Shown here: in pieces, positions 7,467 through 17,955 of the stretch
Position numbering within the stretch: the first letter of the stretch is position 1
Layout: each line of letters opens with the position of its first letter
Assembly: GCA_964636285.1 (NCBI GenBank)
Contig: CAZWQF010000001.1
Span: 7,048-71,047 of the forward strand
Length of the DNA stretch: 64,000 nt
Direction of reading: 5' to 3'
From: an uncultured Candidatus Saccharibacteria bacterium
Lineage (GTDB): Bacteria > Patescibacteriota > WWE3 > UBA101185 > 2-01-FULL-41-18
The notes under the pieces: model-generated
The model's input: only the letters and a program-made list of their open reading frames with translations
What the model was told of the DNA's origin: nothing
The model's database searches: none
Made by a program: the position numbers and the translations under genes

Positions 7467-8634
7467 GAGCTTCTATTGGCGAAAGCTTTGACGCCCTGAT
7501 TGCCGGAGTAATTCCAAAAACAATTCCAATCAATGCAGAAACTCCAAAAGATAAAAATACAAAGAAGTAATTAATTTCTGTTGCTAAGAAGTTATTAATA
7601 ATTAACGAAGCCCCCATTCCAACAAGAACTCCAATTAAACCTCCTATCAAACTTAGCACAACAGCCTCAATCAAAAATTGAATAAGAATATCAGATCTTC
7701 TTGCCCCTAAGGCTTTCCTAAGGCCTATTTCCCGTGTCCTTTCCGTTACGGAAACAAGCATAATATTCATAATCCCTACACCTCCAACTAAGAGCGAAAT
7801 AGCTGCAATGCCGCCTAGCCCTGTTGATAAAACTCCAAGGATTCTGTTTACAAGATTCATTGTTTCTTCCTGTGTGTAAATTTTAAAGCTATCTTTTACA
7901 TCAATTTGTCTATCAAGTACTTTTTGAACTTTATCTTTAACATCGTTAATATCTTTACCTTCTTGAGTTTTTATATAGAAAAAAGATGGCTTGTCCACTC
8001 CCAAAAGTTTTTTTGCAGACACCGAAGGCATAATTACTATATTGTCTTGGTCCTGCCCAAAAATACTTCCTCTTTTTGCTTGGACTCCTATAACCTTGTA
8101 TTTTTTGTCTTTAATTATTACTTCCTTTCCAAGCGGATTTACATTTGGGAAAAGTTTATCTTTTAAAGTAATTCCTATGACGGCAACATCTCCTCCTTCG
8201 TCTTTTGAAAATGGTCTACCTTGTGCAACAGAAATATTTAATGCCCTAAAATAATTTCCCGTTACGGCCATGATTATTGTTCCGGTTACTTCCTTATTTT
8301 TATATTCCGTAGTGCTTCTTGCTTGAATTCCGGGAATTACTTCTGTGACTTCAGGAACTCTTTGCTCTATTAAATCAGCGTACTCAAATCTAAATCTATT
8401 TACCGCAACCTCATCGGGACCTCCGCCTTCGCCGTTACCTGGAAACACAGAAAGAAGATTTGCCCCAAAGCTATTGAGCTCGTTTCTAATTGTTTTTCCA
8501 AGGCCAGAAACAATTGAAACAAGAATAATAACCGCCGCAACTCCAATGATCATTCCTATCATAGTTAAAATCGATCTAGCTTTATTTAATTTGATAGCCC
8601 TTAATGCAAGCCTTAAAATCTGAAAAACATCCAT
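7453..8634 (-). CDS. MacB/FtsX-family ABC permease
   Basis: GGVGIMNIMLVSVTERTREIGLRKALGA motif. Confidence 0.93.
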   Translation of the reverse strand: MDVFQILRLALRAIKLNKARSILTMIGMIIGVAAVIILVSIVSGLGKTIRNELNSFGANLLSVFPGNGEGGGPDEVAVNRFRFEYADLIEQRVPEVTEVIPGIQARSTTEYKNKEVTGTIIMAVTGNYFRALNISVAQGRPFSKDEGGDVAVIGITLKDKLFPNVNPLGKEVIIKDKKYKVIGVQAKRGSIFGQDQDNIVIMPSVSAKKLLGVDKPSFFYIKTQEGKDINDVKDKVQKVLDRQIDVKDSFKIYTQEETMNLVNRILGVLSTGLGGIAAISLLVGGVGIMNIMLVSVTERTREIGLRKALGARRSDILIQFLIEAVVLSLIGGLIGVLVGMGASLIINNFLATEINYFFVFLSFGVSALIGIVFGITPAIRASKLSPIEALRYE

Positions 8635-8635
8635 T

Positions 8636-9316
8636 TTATTTGCCTTTCCTTACGTCCTCAGTTATTTTTCCGTCGCTAACTCTAATTTTTCTGTCGGTAA
8701 CTTCCGCAACATCTGAATCATGTGTAACTATTACAACTGTTTTTCCTTCTCTACTTAAGTTAGTGAGCATTTCCAAAATTTCTTTTCCCGATTTGCTGTC
8801 TAAATTTCCGGTAGGCTCGTCAGCCAAAATAATTTCAGGATTGTTTATAAGCGCTCTAGCTATTGCTACTCTTTGCTGCTGCCCTCCTGATAATTGCGAA
8901 GGTTTATTTGTGAGCCTGTCACCAAGGCCTACTTTAACCAAAAGCTCTTTAGCTCTCTTATCTAGATCTTTTTTGTTTTTACTGTACATTGCAGGAAGTT
9001 TTACATTTTCTATTGCCGGGGTCTTTGCAAGAAGATTAAATGACTGAAAAATAAAACCAATTTTTTGGTTTCTAATTCTTGCAAAGTCGTTGTCTTTAAA
9101 TTTTGTAACATCTGTGCCTTCAAAAAGATAAGCACCTCCTGAAGGGGCATCAAGCATACCTATTACGTGCATAAGAGTTGATTTGCCTGATCCAGAAGGC
9201 CCAATAATAGAAATGAATTCACCTTTATTTATCTCTAGATTTACGCCATCTAAAGCTCTCACTTCTACACCTTCTAGTTTGTAAACTTTGGAAACATTCT
9301 CCATTTTAACCAGCAT
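8636..9316 (-). CDS. ABC ATPase, LolD/MacB type
   Basis: GPSGSGKST, LSGGQQQR and ADEPTGNLD motifs. Confidence 0.95.
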   Translation of the reverse strand: MLVKMENVSKVYKLEGVEVRALDGVNLEINKGEFISIIGPSGSGKSTLMHVIGMLDAPSGGAYLFEGTDVTKFKDNDFARIRNQKIGFIFQSFNLLAKTPAIENVKLPAMYSKNKKDLDKRAKELLVKVGLGDRLTNKPSQLSGGQQQRVAIARALINNPEIILADEPTGNLDSKSGKEILEMLTNLSREGKTVVIVTHDSDVAEVTDRKIRVSDGKITEDVRKGK

Positions 9317-9318
9317 AA

Positions 9319-10506
9319 TTATTTGGAAGTGCTATCAGTTGAGACAGTAACCTTTGCGCCTTCCGTAAGTTTGTCACCTCTGACAAATTGTGCGTTCTCA
9401 AAAATGTCCGTGGTTTCTTTTACCTCAGCAAAATCATCGGTTACAAGACCTTCCTCAATCCTGACTTTGTTTGCTTTTCCGTCTTTGATTTTCCATCCGT
9501 ATGGGCCTTTTTCGTCTTCATCAATGTATTCAACAGGGAGGGTTAAAACATTCTCTCTTGTTTGGGTCATGATTTTTATGTCTCCTGAAAGCCCTATTAT
9601 TTTAAGAACATCCTCTTTTTCTATTGCTACTTTTACTTTTACAGCAGTTGCTCCGCTATCAGTAATAACTGTTTTTGCTCCAACCTCGGCTAGCGTTCCA
9701 GATATCTTTTCGTCACCATAGCTGTCTAGGGAGATCTCCACTTTTTGACCTTTTGATACTAACCTTACGTCTGTCTCATCAACCTCTGCCTCAAAAACTA
9801 TATTTTTTGGATTTACTACGGAAAAAAGCTTTGTTCCCGCCATAACCTGCTGCCCTTCGTTTATACCTTCTAGTGCCAAAATTCCATCTACCGGCGATAC
9901 TACGCTTGAACTCTTAAAATCTGTCCAAGCAGATATGTAGGTTGCATAAGTTGCGGAAACATTTTGATTTGTGTAGGTCTCTTTGCTTTGAAGCATTGCA
10001 AGTTCGGCTTCTGCGCCTTTTAGTGATGCCTCCGCGGACTTCCAAACATTTTTGTCTTCCGTGTCCCTATCGCTGTCATATTTTTCTTTGGCAACTATAT
10101 TTAGCCTCTTCTTTGCGTCTACATTAGCTCTTGCAGCTGACAGCTCCTTTTGGTAGGTGTCCTGCCCACTTTTTGCAAGAAGGTATGAAGAGTAAGCAGA
10201 ATCTGCTGCAGCCTTCAAAGAGACCGGATCCAAATCTACTATGGCTTGACCCTTTTTAACTTCAGTGCCGTTCGCAAGATTAACTTTTTTGACGGTTGCT
10301 GAAACAATAGAGTACTTTGTGCTTCCGTCGGTCACCTTTGTTTCACCAGAAGCGGAAACCATTTTGGTAATGGTTCTTTTTTCTACCTTTGATTCAGTCA
10401 CTTTTGTTGCCGCCGTTTTTGTTCTAAAAATAAAGAATGCTCCTATTGCAACAACAATAAGAATTACGGCCACAAGTTTTTTATGAGTTTTAATATACCC
10501 AATCAC
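9319..10506 (-). CDS. Efflux periplasmic adaptor (MFP) subunit
   Basis: N-terminal TM, coiled hairpin, SPVDG motif, operon context. Confidence 0.85.
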   Translation of the reverse strand: MIGYIKTHKKLVAVILIVVAIGAFFIFRTKTAATKVTESKVEKRTITKMVSASGETKVTDGSTKYSIVSATVKKVNLANGTEVKKGQAIVDLDPVSLKAAADSAYSSYLLAKSGQDTYQKELSAARANVDAKKRLNIVAKEKYDSDRDTEDKNVWKSAEASLKGAEAELAMLQSKETYTNQNVSATYATYISAWTDFKSSSVVSPVDGILALEGINEGQQVMAGTKLFSVVNPKNIVFEAEVDETDVRLVSKGQKVEISLDSYGDEKISGTLAEVGAKTVITDSGATAVKVKVAIEKEDVLKIIGLSGDIKIMTQTRENVLTLPVEYIDEDEKGPYGWKIKDGKANKVRIEEGLVTDDFAEVKETTDIFENAQFVRGDKLTEGAKVTVSTDSTSK

Positions 10507-10568
10507 AGGCTTATTCTACCTTATTATAAGTATTTGACCAATGAGAACATATCGAATATCATCAATAC

Positions 10569-10853
10569 ATGTCATTAAAATTACAATGCTCAAATTGCTT
10601 TAAGGCATTAAGTGTGCCTTCAAGAATGAAATTATATTTACACTTGGAAAAAGTTGGGGAAGCAACGGTAACCCAGCTTGTTAACGGTTCTGGCTTAAAA
10701 CAGCCTACAGTTTCTTATCATCTAAAAGAGATGGAGCACGGGGGTGTTTTGTCCTCAAGAAAAGAAGGAAAAGAAGTTTATTACAAAATTGCGAATGCCT
10801 GTCCCCATGACAGCAAGCAGTGCGTTATCACAGGAATTTATGCTAACAATTAA
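10569..10853 (+). CDS. ArsR/SmtB-family regulator
   Basis: FKALS..SR, QPTVSYHL and GKEVYY motifs; Cys at both ends. Confidence 0.85.
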   Translation: MSLKLQCSNCFKALSVPSRMKLYLHLEKVGEATVTQLVNGSGLKQPTVSYHLKEMEHGGVLSSRKEGKEVYYKIANACPHDSKQCVITGIYANN

Positions 10854-11586
10854 AGACCTTAAGGTTTCAGTAGAAGACAAAAGTATTCTAAAAGGCGTTT
10901 CATTGCATGTTAAGCATGGAGAAGCCCACGCAATAATGGGCCCTAACGGTTCTGGAAAAAGCACTCTAGCCCAAACTTTGATGGGCCATCCAAAATATAC
11001 CGTTGAGTCTGGAAGCGTTTCCCTTAACGGGAAAGACCTATTGGAGCTTGATACAACAACAAGAGCTTCTGAAGGTTTGTTTTTGGCTTTTCAGTATCCA
11101 AGTGAAATTCCGGGAGTTACAATCGCCAATTTTTTAAGACTTGTTTACAACAATAAAATGAAACGAACAGGTGGTAGGGAGCTGTCACCAGCTCTTTTTA
11201 GAAAAGTGCTTGAAGAAAAAATGGAAGAGCTTCATATGAATAAAGCTTTTGCTCAAAGATATCTAAACGAAGGGTTCTCAGGTGGAGAAAAAAAGAGAAT
11301 GGAAGTTTTGCAAATGGCTATTTTGGAGCCAAAGATTGCAATTCTTGACGAAACTGACTCGGGGCTTGATATCGACGCTCTTCAGATTGTTTCGCACGGA
11401 GTAAATCTTTTAAGAGAAAAGCTTGGAATGTCTGTGTTGATCATTACTCACTATGCAAGGATTTTAAATTACATAAAACCAGACCATGTCCATGTTTTCA
11501 AAGATGGAAAAGTTATCAGAGAGGGCGGGGCTGAGCTTGCTATTGAGCTTGAAAAAACTGGATATAAAAACTATGACTCAAACTAA
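10840..11586 (+). CDS. sufC: Fe-S cluster assembly ATPase
   Basis: [24 protein letters not shown] and [11 protein letters not shown]; start moved to ATG 10840. Confidence 0.95.
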   Translation: MLTIKDLKVSVEDKSILKGVSLHVKHGEAHAIMGPNGSGKSTLAQTLMGHPKYTVESGSVSLNGKDLLELDTTTRASEGLFLAFQYPSEIPGVTIANFLRLVYNNKMKRTGGRELSPALFRKVLEEKMEELHMNKAFAQRYLNEGFSGGEKKRMEVLQMAILEPKIAILDETDSGLDIDALQIVSHGVNLLREKLGMSVLIITHYARILNYIKPDHVHVFKDGKVIREGGAELAIELEKTGYKNYDSN

Positions 11587-12979
11587 TCCAATTGATGACT
11601 CCTATAAACTTGGCTTTCACGACGATATTAAATACTCTTTTAAATCACAAAAAGGGCTTAATGAGAATATTGTGAGACAAATTTCTCAGATGAAAGGGGA
11701 GCCCGAATGGATGCTTGAGTATAGGCTTTCCGCATACAAAACTTTCTTGGAAAAGCCTATGCCCATGTGGATGGCGGACGAAAAGGATATAAATGACATT
11801 AAATTTGATGAAATTTATTACTACCTAAAACCCACTGATAAACAGGAGAAAAATTGGGATGATGTTCCAGACGATATTAAAAGAACTTTTGACAAAATTG
11901 GTGTTCCTCAAGCCGAGAGAGAGTTTTTGGGAGGAGTTAAATCCCAATACGACTCAGAAGTAGTTTATGGTTCTGTGTTAAAGGAGCTTGAAGACCAAGG
12001 TGTCATATTTTTAGGAACAGATGAGGCCCTTAAAAAATACCCAGAGATTTTTAAACAGTATTTTGGAACTGTAGTTCCATCTAGAGACAACAAGTTTTCT
12101 GCGTTAAACAGTGCAGTTTGGAGTGGGGGCTCCTTTGTATACATTCCAAAAGGTGTAAAAGTAGAAAGGCCTTTGCAGGCTTACTTTAGAATTAATTCTC
12201 AAAACGCAGGTCAGTTTGAAAGAACTTTAATAATTGCGGAAGAGGGGAGTTTTGTACATTATGTAGAAGGCTGCTCTGCTCCTTCGTTTAGTAGTGGCTC
12301 TTTGCACTCGGCGGTTGTAGAAATAATTGTAAAAGAAGGTGCTAGGGTTAGGTACACAACAATTCAAAACTGGTATAAAAATGTTTTCAACCTTGTTACA
12401 AAAAGAGCTATAGCCCATAAGAATGCAACTATGGAATGGGTGGACGGAAATCTTGGTTCAAGGCTTACGGTAAAGTTTCCTTCGGTATATTTGGTTGGCG
12501 AAGGGGCAAAAGGTGAAATCCTTTCAATAGCGTATGCCGGAGAAGGTCAACATCAACACGCAGGCGGAAAAATAGTTCATGGAGCTCCAAATACTTCGTC
12601 AAGAATTACATCCAAATCTATAAGCGCAAAAGGAGGTAGGGCTTCTTACAGGGGTTTAATTTCTGTAGTTCCGGGAGCCACAAATTCCAAATCAAGAGTT
12701 GAGTGCGACGCTTTAATTCTGGATTCCGATTCAAGAACAGACACATACCCAGTTATGAAAATTAAAGAGCCCGAAGTGAGTATTGAGCATGAAGCCTCCG
12801 TAAGCAAGGTTGGAGAAGATCAGCTTTTTTATTTAATGAGCAGGGGATTATCAGAAGAAGAGGCTATGAATCTTGTTGTCTCTGGATTTATTGAGCCAAT
12901 TGTAAAAGAGCTCCCGCTAGAATATGCAATTGAACTAAACAAGCTCATCGAGCTTGAAATGGAAGGGAGCGTTGGCTAA
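11573..12979 (+). CDS. sufB: Fe-S cluster assembly protein
   Basis: [21 protein letters not shown], ends EMEGSVG; start moved to ATG 11573. Confidence 0.95.
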   Translation: MTQTNPIDDSYKLGFHDDIKYSFKSQKGLNENIVRQISQMKGEPEWMLEYRLSAYKTFLEKPMPMWMADEKDINDIKFDEIYYYLKPTDKQEKNWDDVPDDIKRTFDKIGVPQAEREFLGGVKSQYDSEVVYGSVLKELEDQGVIFLGTDEALKKYPEIFKQYFGTVVPSRDNKFSALNSAVWSGGSFVYIPKGVKVERPLQAYFRINSQNAGQFERTLIIAEEGSFVHYVEGCSAPSFSSGSLHSAVVEIIVKEGARVRYTTIQNWYKNVFNLVTKRAIAHKNATMEWVDGNLGSRLTVKFPSVYLVGEGAKGEILSIAYAGEGQHQHAGGKIVHGAPNTSSRITSKSISAKGGRASYRGLISVVPGATNSKSRVECDALILDSDSRTDTYPVMKIKEPEVSIEHEASVSKVGEDQLFYLMSRGLSEEEAMNLVVSGFIEPIVKELPLEYAIELNKLIELEMEGSVG

Positions 12980-12981
12980 AT

Positions 12982-13632
12982 ATGGCGCACAAAGAATTAA
13001 GATTTGAAGAAATTAAGCCAAACAAAGTTGCGGTATTAAAATATGATTTGCCTTACGAAAGGCTGGAAGTTACTGAGCCTGGACTTACCCAGTTTATTTT
13101 TGATGTGCCAGATTCAAATGTCTCAAAAAAAGTGGATGTTGTCTTAAAAGTTGAAGGTGCTGAGGCAGAAGTTTTGGGTTCTTATGTTGGAAACGGAAAC
13201 CAAGAAATTGATCTGGAGGTTAACAGTATTCATGAGGTTCCAAACACTAGATGCTTAACACAAATTAGGGGCGTAATGACTGATCATTCTGATTCCAAAT
13301 TCAAAGGAATGATTGTGATCAGAGAAGGGGCTCAAAAAACCGCTTCCTACCTTGATCATGACGTCCTGATTTTGGGAAAAAATGCTAAAAATCAGTCAGA
13401 GCCAGGACTAGAAATTGAAGCTGACGACGTTAAAGCTACACATGGAGCTACAACAGGGAGAATTCTTGATGAGCATTTATTCTATTTAATGAGTAGGGGG
13501 ATATCAAAAAAAGAATCAGAAAAACTTGTTATTGAGGGGTTTCTATCGCCCGCGGTTGAAAAAGTACAAGATGAGGAAGTTAAAAATTATTTATCCATAA
13601 GACTTCAGAAGGCTATTGAACAGGCCTGTTAG
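12982..13632 (+). CDS. sufD: Fe-S cluster assembly protein, short SufD
   Basis: PGLEIEADDVKATHGAT and LFYLMSRG motifs. Confidence 0.88.
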   Translation: MAHKELRFEEIKPNKVAVLKYDLPYERLEVTEPGLTQFIFDVPDSNVSKKVDVVLKVEGAEAEVLGSYVGNGNQEIDLEVNSIHEVPNTRCLTQIRGVMTDHSDSKFKGMIVIREGAQKTASYLDHDVLILGKNAKNQSEPGLEIEADDVKATHGATTGRILDEHLFYLMSRGISKKESEKLVIEGFLSPAVEKVQDEEVKNYLSIRLQKAIEQAC

Positions 13633-13641
13633 AATTAACAT

Positions 13642-14886
13642 ATGTTTGATGTAAATAAGGTAAGAGAGGATTTCCCAATTTTAAAAAGAAAAATAAATGG
13701 AAAAGATTTGCACTATCTTGATAACGCAGCAACTTCCCAAAAGCCCCAAGTTGTTATTGATTCAATCTCTGATTATTACTCAAATCATAATGCAAATGTC
13801 CACAGAGGTATTCACACTCTTTCAGAAGAAGCCACCGATTTATATGAAAACGCTAGAAAAGAAGTTCAAAAATTTATCAACGCCAGGTATCCGGAAGAGA
13901 TAGTTTTCACAAAAGGGACTACAGACAGTATTAATCTGGTTTCCTCAGCTGTCATGCCTCTTTTATGGGATTCCGGGAAAGAAAACGCAGGGGACGAAAT
14001 GCCTGTTATCAGCTTCACTGAAGTTGAGCATCATAGCAATCTTGTACCATGGCAAGAGCTTGCAAAGAGGGCCTCTATCAAACTTGAGCCAATTCCCGTA
14101 ACGGGAAAAGGATTTTTAGATGGTAATCCAAAAGATTTATTTTCTAAAAATATGAAAATCCTAGCTATCACACACGCATCAAATTTCTTAGGTTCCGTGT
14201 TGCCCCTTAAAGATATAATAAAAACTGCACACTCTGTGGGGTCTTTGGTTGTTGTTGATGGGGCTCAAGCAATTCCTCACATGAAGGTAGATGTCCAGAG
14301 TTTGAATTGTGACTTCTATGCTTTTTCGGGACATAAAATGCTGGGTCCTACAGGAATTGGAGTTCTTTACATTAAAAAGGAAATTCAAGAAAAACTAGGT
14401 GTCTACCAGACAGGAGGGGGAATGATAAGAGAGGTGTATTCTGATAGAGCGGTTTGGGACCAAGCTCCATATAAATTTGAAGCTGGAACACCAAATGTTG
14501 AGGGTGCTGTTGGGCTTATGGCTGCTATCACTTACTTAAAAGGTTTAGGCATGGATTCCGTGAGAGATCACGAACTTTCCCTGATTAAATATTCACTTGA
14601 AAAGCTTACTGATCTTGGTGATATTGATATTTATGGTCCAGAAAATGCAGAGGACAGGACAGGAGTCATTTCATTTAATGTAAAAGGAATTCATTCGCAT
14701 GATCTGGCATCAGTTTTAGACTCTGAGGGCGTTGCAATTAGGAGCGGGCACCACTGCACAATGCCAATGCACCTAAAGCTTGCCATACCTGCTTCGGCAA
14801 GAATGAGTTTTAATGTGTACAGCACAAAAGACGATGTAGATGCACTTATTTCAGGAATTGAAAAAGCAAGAAAGATTTTACTTTGA
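13642..14886 (+). CDS. sufS: Cysteine desulfurase
   Basis: YLDNAATSQKP, SGHKMLGPTGIG and RSGHHC motifs. Confidence 0.95.
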   Translation: MFDVNKVREDFPILKRKINGKDLHYLDNAATSQKPQVVIDSISDYYSNHNANVHRGIHTLSEEATDLYENARKEVQKFINARYPEEIVFTKGTTDSINLVSSAVMPLLWDSGKENAGDEMPVISFTEVEHHSNLVPWQELAKRASIKLEPIPVTGKGFLDGNPKDLFSKNMKILAITHASNFLGSVLPLKDIIKTAHSVGSLVVVDGAQAIPHMKVDVQSLNCDFYAFSGHKMLGPTGIGVLYIKKEIQEKLGVYQTGGGMIREVYSDRAVWDQAPYKFEAGTPNVEGAVGLMAAITYLKGLGMDSVRDHELSLIKYSLEKLTDLGDIDIYGPENAEDRTGVISFNVKGIHSHDLASVLDSEGVAIRSGHHCTMPMHLKLAIPASARMSFNVYSTKDDVDALISGIEKARKILL

Positions 14887-14887
14887 T

Positions 14888-15253
14888 ATGGATTTATATA
14901 GAGAAACGCTCTTAGAAAATTTTAAAAATAAAGCTAATAGGGGAAGGATTGAGAACCCTTCGGTTAGTAAAAAAGGTGCCAATCCCTTATGTGGGGATTC
15001 AATTGAGCTTGACCTTGTTGTAACAGATAGCGTAATAACAGATGTAAAATTTGAGGGTTCCGGGTGTGCAGTTAGCATGGCAGCAACATCCATGCTTATA
15101 GATAAGGTAATTGGAATGAAAGTTGAGGAAGCAAAGAAAATTACAAAAGAAGATTTAATTAACAATATTAATCCCAATTTAACTTTAAGCAGAATTAAAT
15201 GCGCATCTTTAGGGTATAGTGCGCTTATGGAAGCGTTAGCTGAAATTAAGTAA
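14888..15253 (+). CDS. sufU: SufU/IscU scaffold protein
   Basis: NPLCGD, GCAVS and RIKCA motifs. Confidence 0.9.
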   Translation: MDLYRETLLENFKNKANRGRIENPSVSKKGANPLCGDSIELDLVVTDSVITDVKFEGSGCAVSMAATSMLIDKVIGMKVEEAKKITKEDLINNINPNLTLSRIKCASLGYSALMEALAEIK

Positions 15254-15275
15254 TTGAAAGTAGAATAAAAAACTT

Positions 15276-15512
15276 ATGGAAGATAAAGCAAAAACAGAGC
15301 AAAAAATAACAAAGGATTCTAACCTTGGAGAGATTGTTCAAAAATATCCAGACCTTGCGGAGGTTTTACTGGATTATGGACTCCATTGCGTGGGCTGTTT
15401 TGCCAGCGCCTACGATTCCATTGAAATGGGGGCAAAGGTTCACGGTATGACGGATGCTGAGATTTCAGAAATGGTGGGGCGTTTGAATGAAGTTATTGAG
15501 ACGGGTGAATAA
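15276..15512 (+). CDS. DUF1858-like hybrid-cluster-associated redox domain protein
   Basis: GLHCVGC...GAKVHG motif. Confidence 0.75.
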   Translation: MEDKAKTEQKITKDSNLGEIVQKYPDLAEVLLDYGLHCVGCFASAYDSIEMGAKVHGMTDAEISEMVGRLNEVIETGE

Positions 15513-15530
15513 CCAAGCTACACTTATCAC

Positions 15531-15812
15531 ATGCTAAAGCCTTTGATTCTTGGATTTTTTCTAAGTTTAGCCCTCAGCGGACTATCCCTATTTAATCAAA
15601 TAAACGTACTATGCGATGCCGGAAGTTTTGAAGTGCATGAAAATACATGTAAAAATGGTGAGGTTTTATACATTACAAGGGGCTTTCCACTTGCCTTTGA
15701 AATGAAGCTTACCCTTATGAATGTTTTAGTTTTTATGAGCAACGCTTTTGTATTTTTTGCAATTATTCTGATTGTTCTTATACTTACAAAACGAATTCGT
15801 TTGCTAAAATAA
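15531..15812 (+). CDS. Small two-TM membrane protein
   Basis: Two hydrophobic segments; RGFP motif. Confidence 0.55.
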   Translation: MLKPLILGFFLSLALSGLSLFNQINVLCDAGSFEVHENTCKNGEVLYITRGFPLAFEMKLTLMNVLVFMSNAFVFFAIILIVLILTKRIRLLK

Positions 15813-15829
15813 ACAAACCTAATTTTATT

Positions 15830-16078
15830 ATGGAAAATTCACAAGCCAAAAATTCACGAAAAGTTGCAAAGGTAGTTGTTCAAAGGGACCTCTGTATTGG
15901 TGCAGGTCCTTGCGTTGTAGTAGCGCCAAAGTCTTTTGAGCTGGATGCAGAAAACAAGGCGATAGTTCTTGAAAATCCCGACGCTACTGACAATGAGCTC
16001 CTTTTGGCAGCTCAGTCTTGCCCCACTCAAGCAATATTTCTTTATGATAAAGACGGAAACCTGTTATCAAGGGCGTAG
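15830..16078 (+). CDS. Single-cluster ferredoxin, probably 3Fe-4S
   Basis: CIGAGPC...CPTQAI (second Cys replaced by Ala). Confidence 0.85.
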   Translation: MENSQAKNSRKVAKVVVQRDLCIGAGPCVVVAPKSFELDAENKAIVLENPDATDNELLLAAQSCPTQAIFLYDKDGNLLSRA

Positions 16079-16148
16079 CCGTTGTAAATAAGGCGCTATT
16101 GTTGTAAATTTATAGTGTCCGGAAGGGCAAGATTAGGATCCTGTCTTT

Positions 16149-16236
16149 GGAGGGTTGGCAGAGCGGTAATGCAGCGGCTTGCTAAGCCGTGACGGTTTAT
16201 AGCCGTCCACAGGTTCAAATCCTGTACCCTCCGCCA
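16149..16236 (+). tRNA. tRNA-Ser(GCU)
   Basis: Cloverleaf with long variable arm; GCGGC-TT-GCT-AA-GCCGT; encoded CCA. Confidence 0.95.
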
Positions 16237-16249
16237 TAAGAAGCCTAAT

Positions 16250-16843
16250 ATGGATTATCTTAAGACTGTTATAGGTGTTTTATCCCCAAAACCTCAAGAA
16301 AAAGACTCACCAAAAAATGAGTTTGTACCTCCGGTAGCGGATAGAGAAAAAGATGTCCCGCCAAATAGAGAGGTTTTATTTTCTTGGGAGTCCCCTGAGA
16401 GAACATTTGTTCCAAGGTCTAGAGAATACTTTAGAAGAATCATTTCCCTTCTTTTCATTGTTAGTGCTGTGCTTATACTTGCAGGGCAGTTTTTGCTTGT
16501 AGCACTTCTTGTTGCACTTGCCGTTCTTTATTACGTTTTAAGTTCGGTTCCGCCTTCTAATGTAAAACATGAGCTTGATAACTACGGAATATTTTATTTG
16601 GGCAGGCAGTATTATTGGCCTGAGCTAAAATTCTATTTTTTCACGAATGAAGCCGGCGAAAATATCCTAAATGTTGATACAAGGGATCCCTATCCAGGAA
16701 GGCTCATTTTGCTTCTTGGAAAAATTAAACCTGAAGAGGTCAAAGAAGTGATGAATAAGTATCTCCCGTTACGAGAAGTTCCCCCAGAGACCATGTTTGA
16801 TAAGGCTTTCAAGTCTGTTTCCAGCAAATTAAACCTTGATTAA
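16250..16843 (+). CDS. Conserved two-TM membrane protein with soluble C-domain
   Basis: LFSWESPE motif and two TM helices; resembles a common CPR family (from memory). Confidence 0.65.
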   Translation: MDYLKTVIGVLSPKPQEKDSPKNEFVPPVADREKDVPPNREVLFSWESPERTFVPRSREYFRRIISLLFIVSAVLILAGQFLLVALLVALAVLYYVLSSVPPSNVKHELDNYGIFYLGRQYYWPELKFYFFTNEAGENILNVDTRDPYPGRLILLLGKIKPEEVKEVMNKYLPLREVPPETMFDKAFKSVSSKLNLD

Positions 16844-16886
16844 CTTCTGTGCTACACTCAAATAGTTTTACTCTTAAGGGTTCTTT

Positions 16887-16963
16887 GCGCCTGTAGCTCA
16901 GGGGATTAGAGCGCAACTTTGCGGAAGTTGAAGTCGGAGGTTCGAATCCTCTCAGGCGCACCA
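16887..16963 (+). tRNA. tRNA-Arg(GCG)
   Basis: GCGCCTG/CAGGCGC acceptor stem; CAACT-TT-GCG-GA-AGTTG anticodon arm; CCA. Confidence 0.93.
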
Positions 16964-17013
16964 ATCATTTAAATATTTGAAAACTAAAACTTAATGGTCT
17001 TGCATGAGATATA

Positions 17014-17053
17014 TTTGTGAGGCCCTTTTGGTTACCCTCTAGGGCCTCACAAA
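17014..17053 (-). terminator. Hairpin TTTGTGAGGCCCT...AGGGCCTCACAAA
   Basis: 13-bp inverted repeat between the convergent tRNA-Arg and orphan gene. Confidence 0.7.
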
Positions 17054-17079
17054 ACAGTGTTGCTGATGACACAGAAAGG

Positions 17080-17506
17080 TCACGAATTCTTCAGAAGTCT
17101 ACCGAGCCCGCCGACGGAGTCCTTACCCCTGAAAAACATGAAAAATACATCGGCCCCTCTCACAAGAGCTGACCCAACTGGGACCTCGCTTGCCCGAATT
17201 GGAGTTTGATAGTCATCCTCCTGCTTCAAGGCAACAACGGGAAAGCCGTCTCTTCCCATGCGTTTGTACAGAGTCCATTCTCCAAGGTTGTAGACTTTGG
17301 AAATTTCTGGATCCCACTGGCGGACTTTCCTCATCGTTCCTTCAAACGTGTCGCTTTGAGCCGCTCCTGACAGAAGGTGCATCCTGATCTCAAAATCAGG
17401 TGCCCAAAAAGCATCGAAAATCTCCCTATCCCCGAATGGCTCCTTTGTAATCTGCACAACACCCCCCAAATGAGGTCTTATAGTAGCAGACAACTGTGAT
17501 GCCCAT
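17080..17506 (-). CDS. Orphan protein, about 141 aa, with an apparent frameshift in a G6 run
   Basis: TTGAAT-17-TATAGT promoter and AAGGAG-N8-ATG at 17506; removing one G at 17462-17467 joins MGITVVCYYKTSFGG to VVQITKEPF. Confidence 0.6.
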
Positions 17507-17619
17507 CTTGACAACTCCTTATTAAGAAAGATTGGTCTGTAGTTAAAGACTATACCTGATTCATCCAAACAATTCAAATACTATAAGTTATATGAAAAAA
17601 AGTGTTGCGTGATTCTATA

Positions 17620-17955
17620 AAAAAAGAAACGGGCCCTCTTTGATCCAAACATGTGAGCTGAGACAGACATGATCAAAGGGGGCCCGTAGACAAGAGCAAG
17701 CAGCTTCTTATGGCGCTGGGATTCGCTGGGGAACTTGGGCTTGGCGGGATCTACTTGGGGGCCTCGGGTCTTCTAGCAACCTCAAACGCCGCCTAACCAA
17801 TGGGGCACTGAGTCCCTACTAGCTCCCCGCGTGGCTCCTGACCGGAACAGGTCAGTTCGCGCTTAGCCTTTACCATTCTCTCTCAATCCGATTTAGCTGC
17901 TTCTCTATATCCCAGATTAGGGTAAGTTCACTGAATTTCAGCAAACTTTTTTAGT
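17620..17955 (-). ncRNA. Candidate structured RNA 2 (rod of about 210 nt plus terminal hairpin)
   Basis: TTGACA-17-TAAAGT promoter at 17990-17962; nested helices AAGCAGCT/AGCTGCTT, GGGGAGCT/AGTTCCCC and GGCGG/CCGCC; only a 27-codon ORF inside. Confidence 0.5.
17629..17687 (-). terminator. Long hairpin ACGGGCCC...GGGCCCGT followed by a U tract
   Basis: Extended inverted repeat followed by TTCTTTTTTT. Confidence 0.75.
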
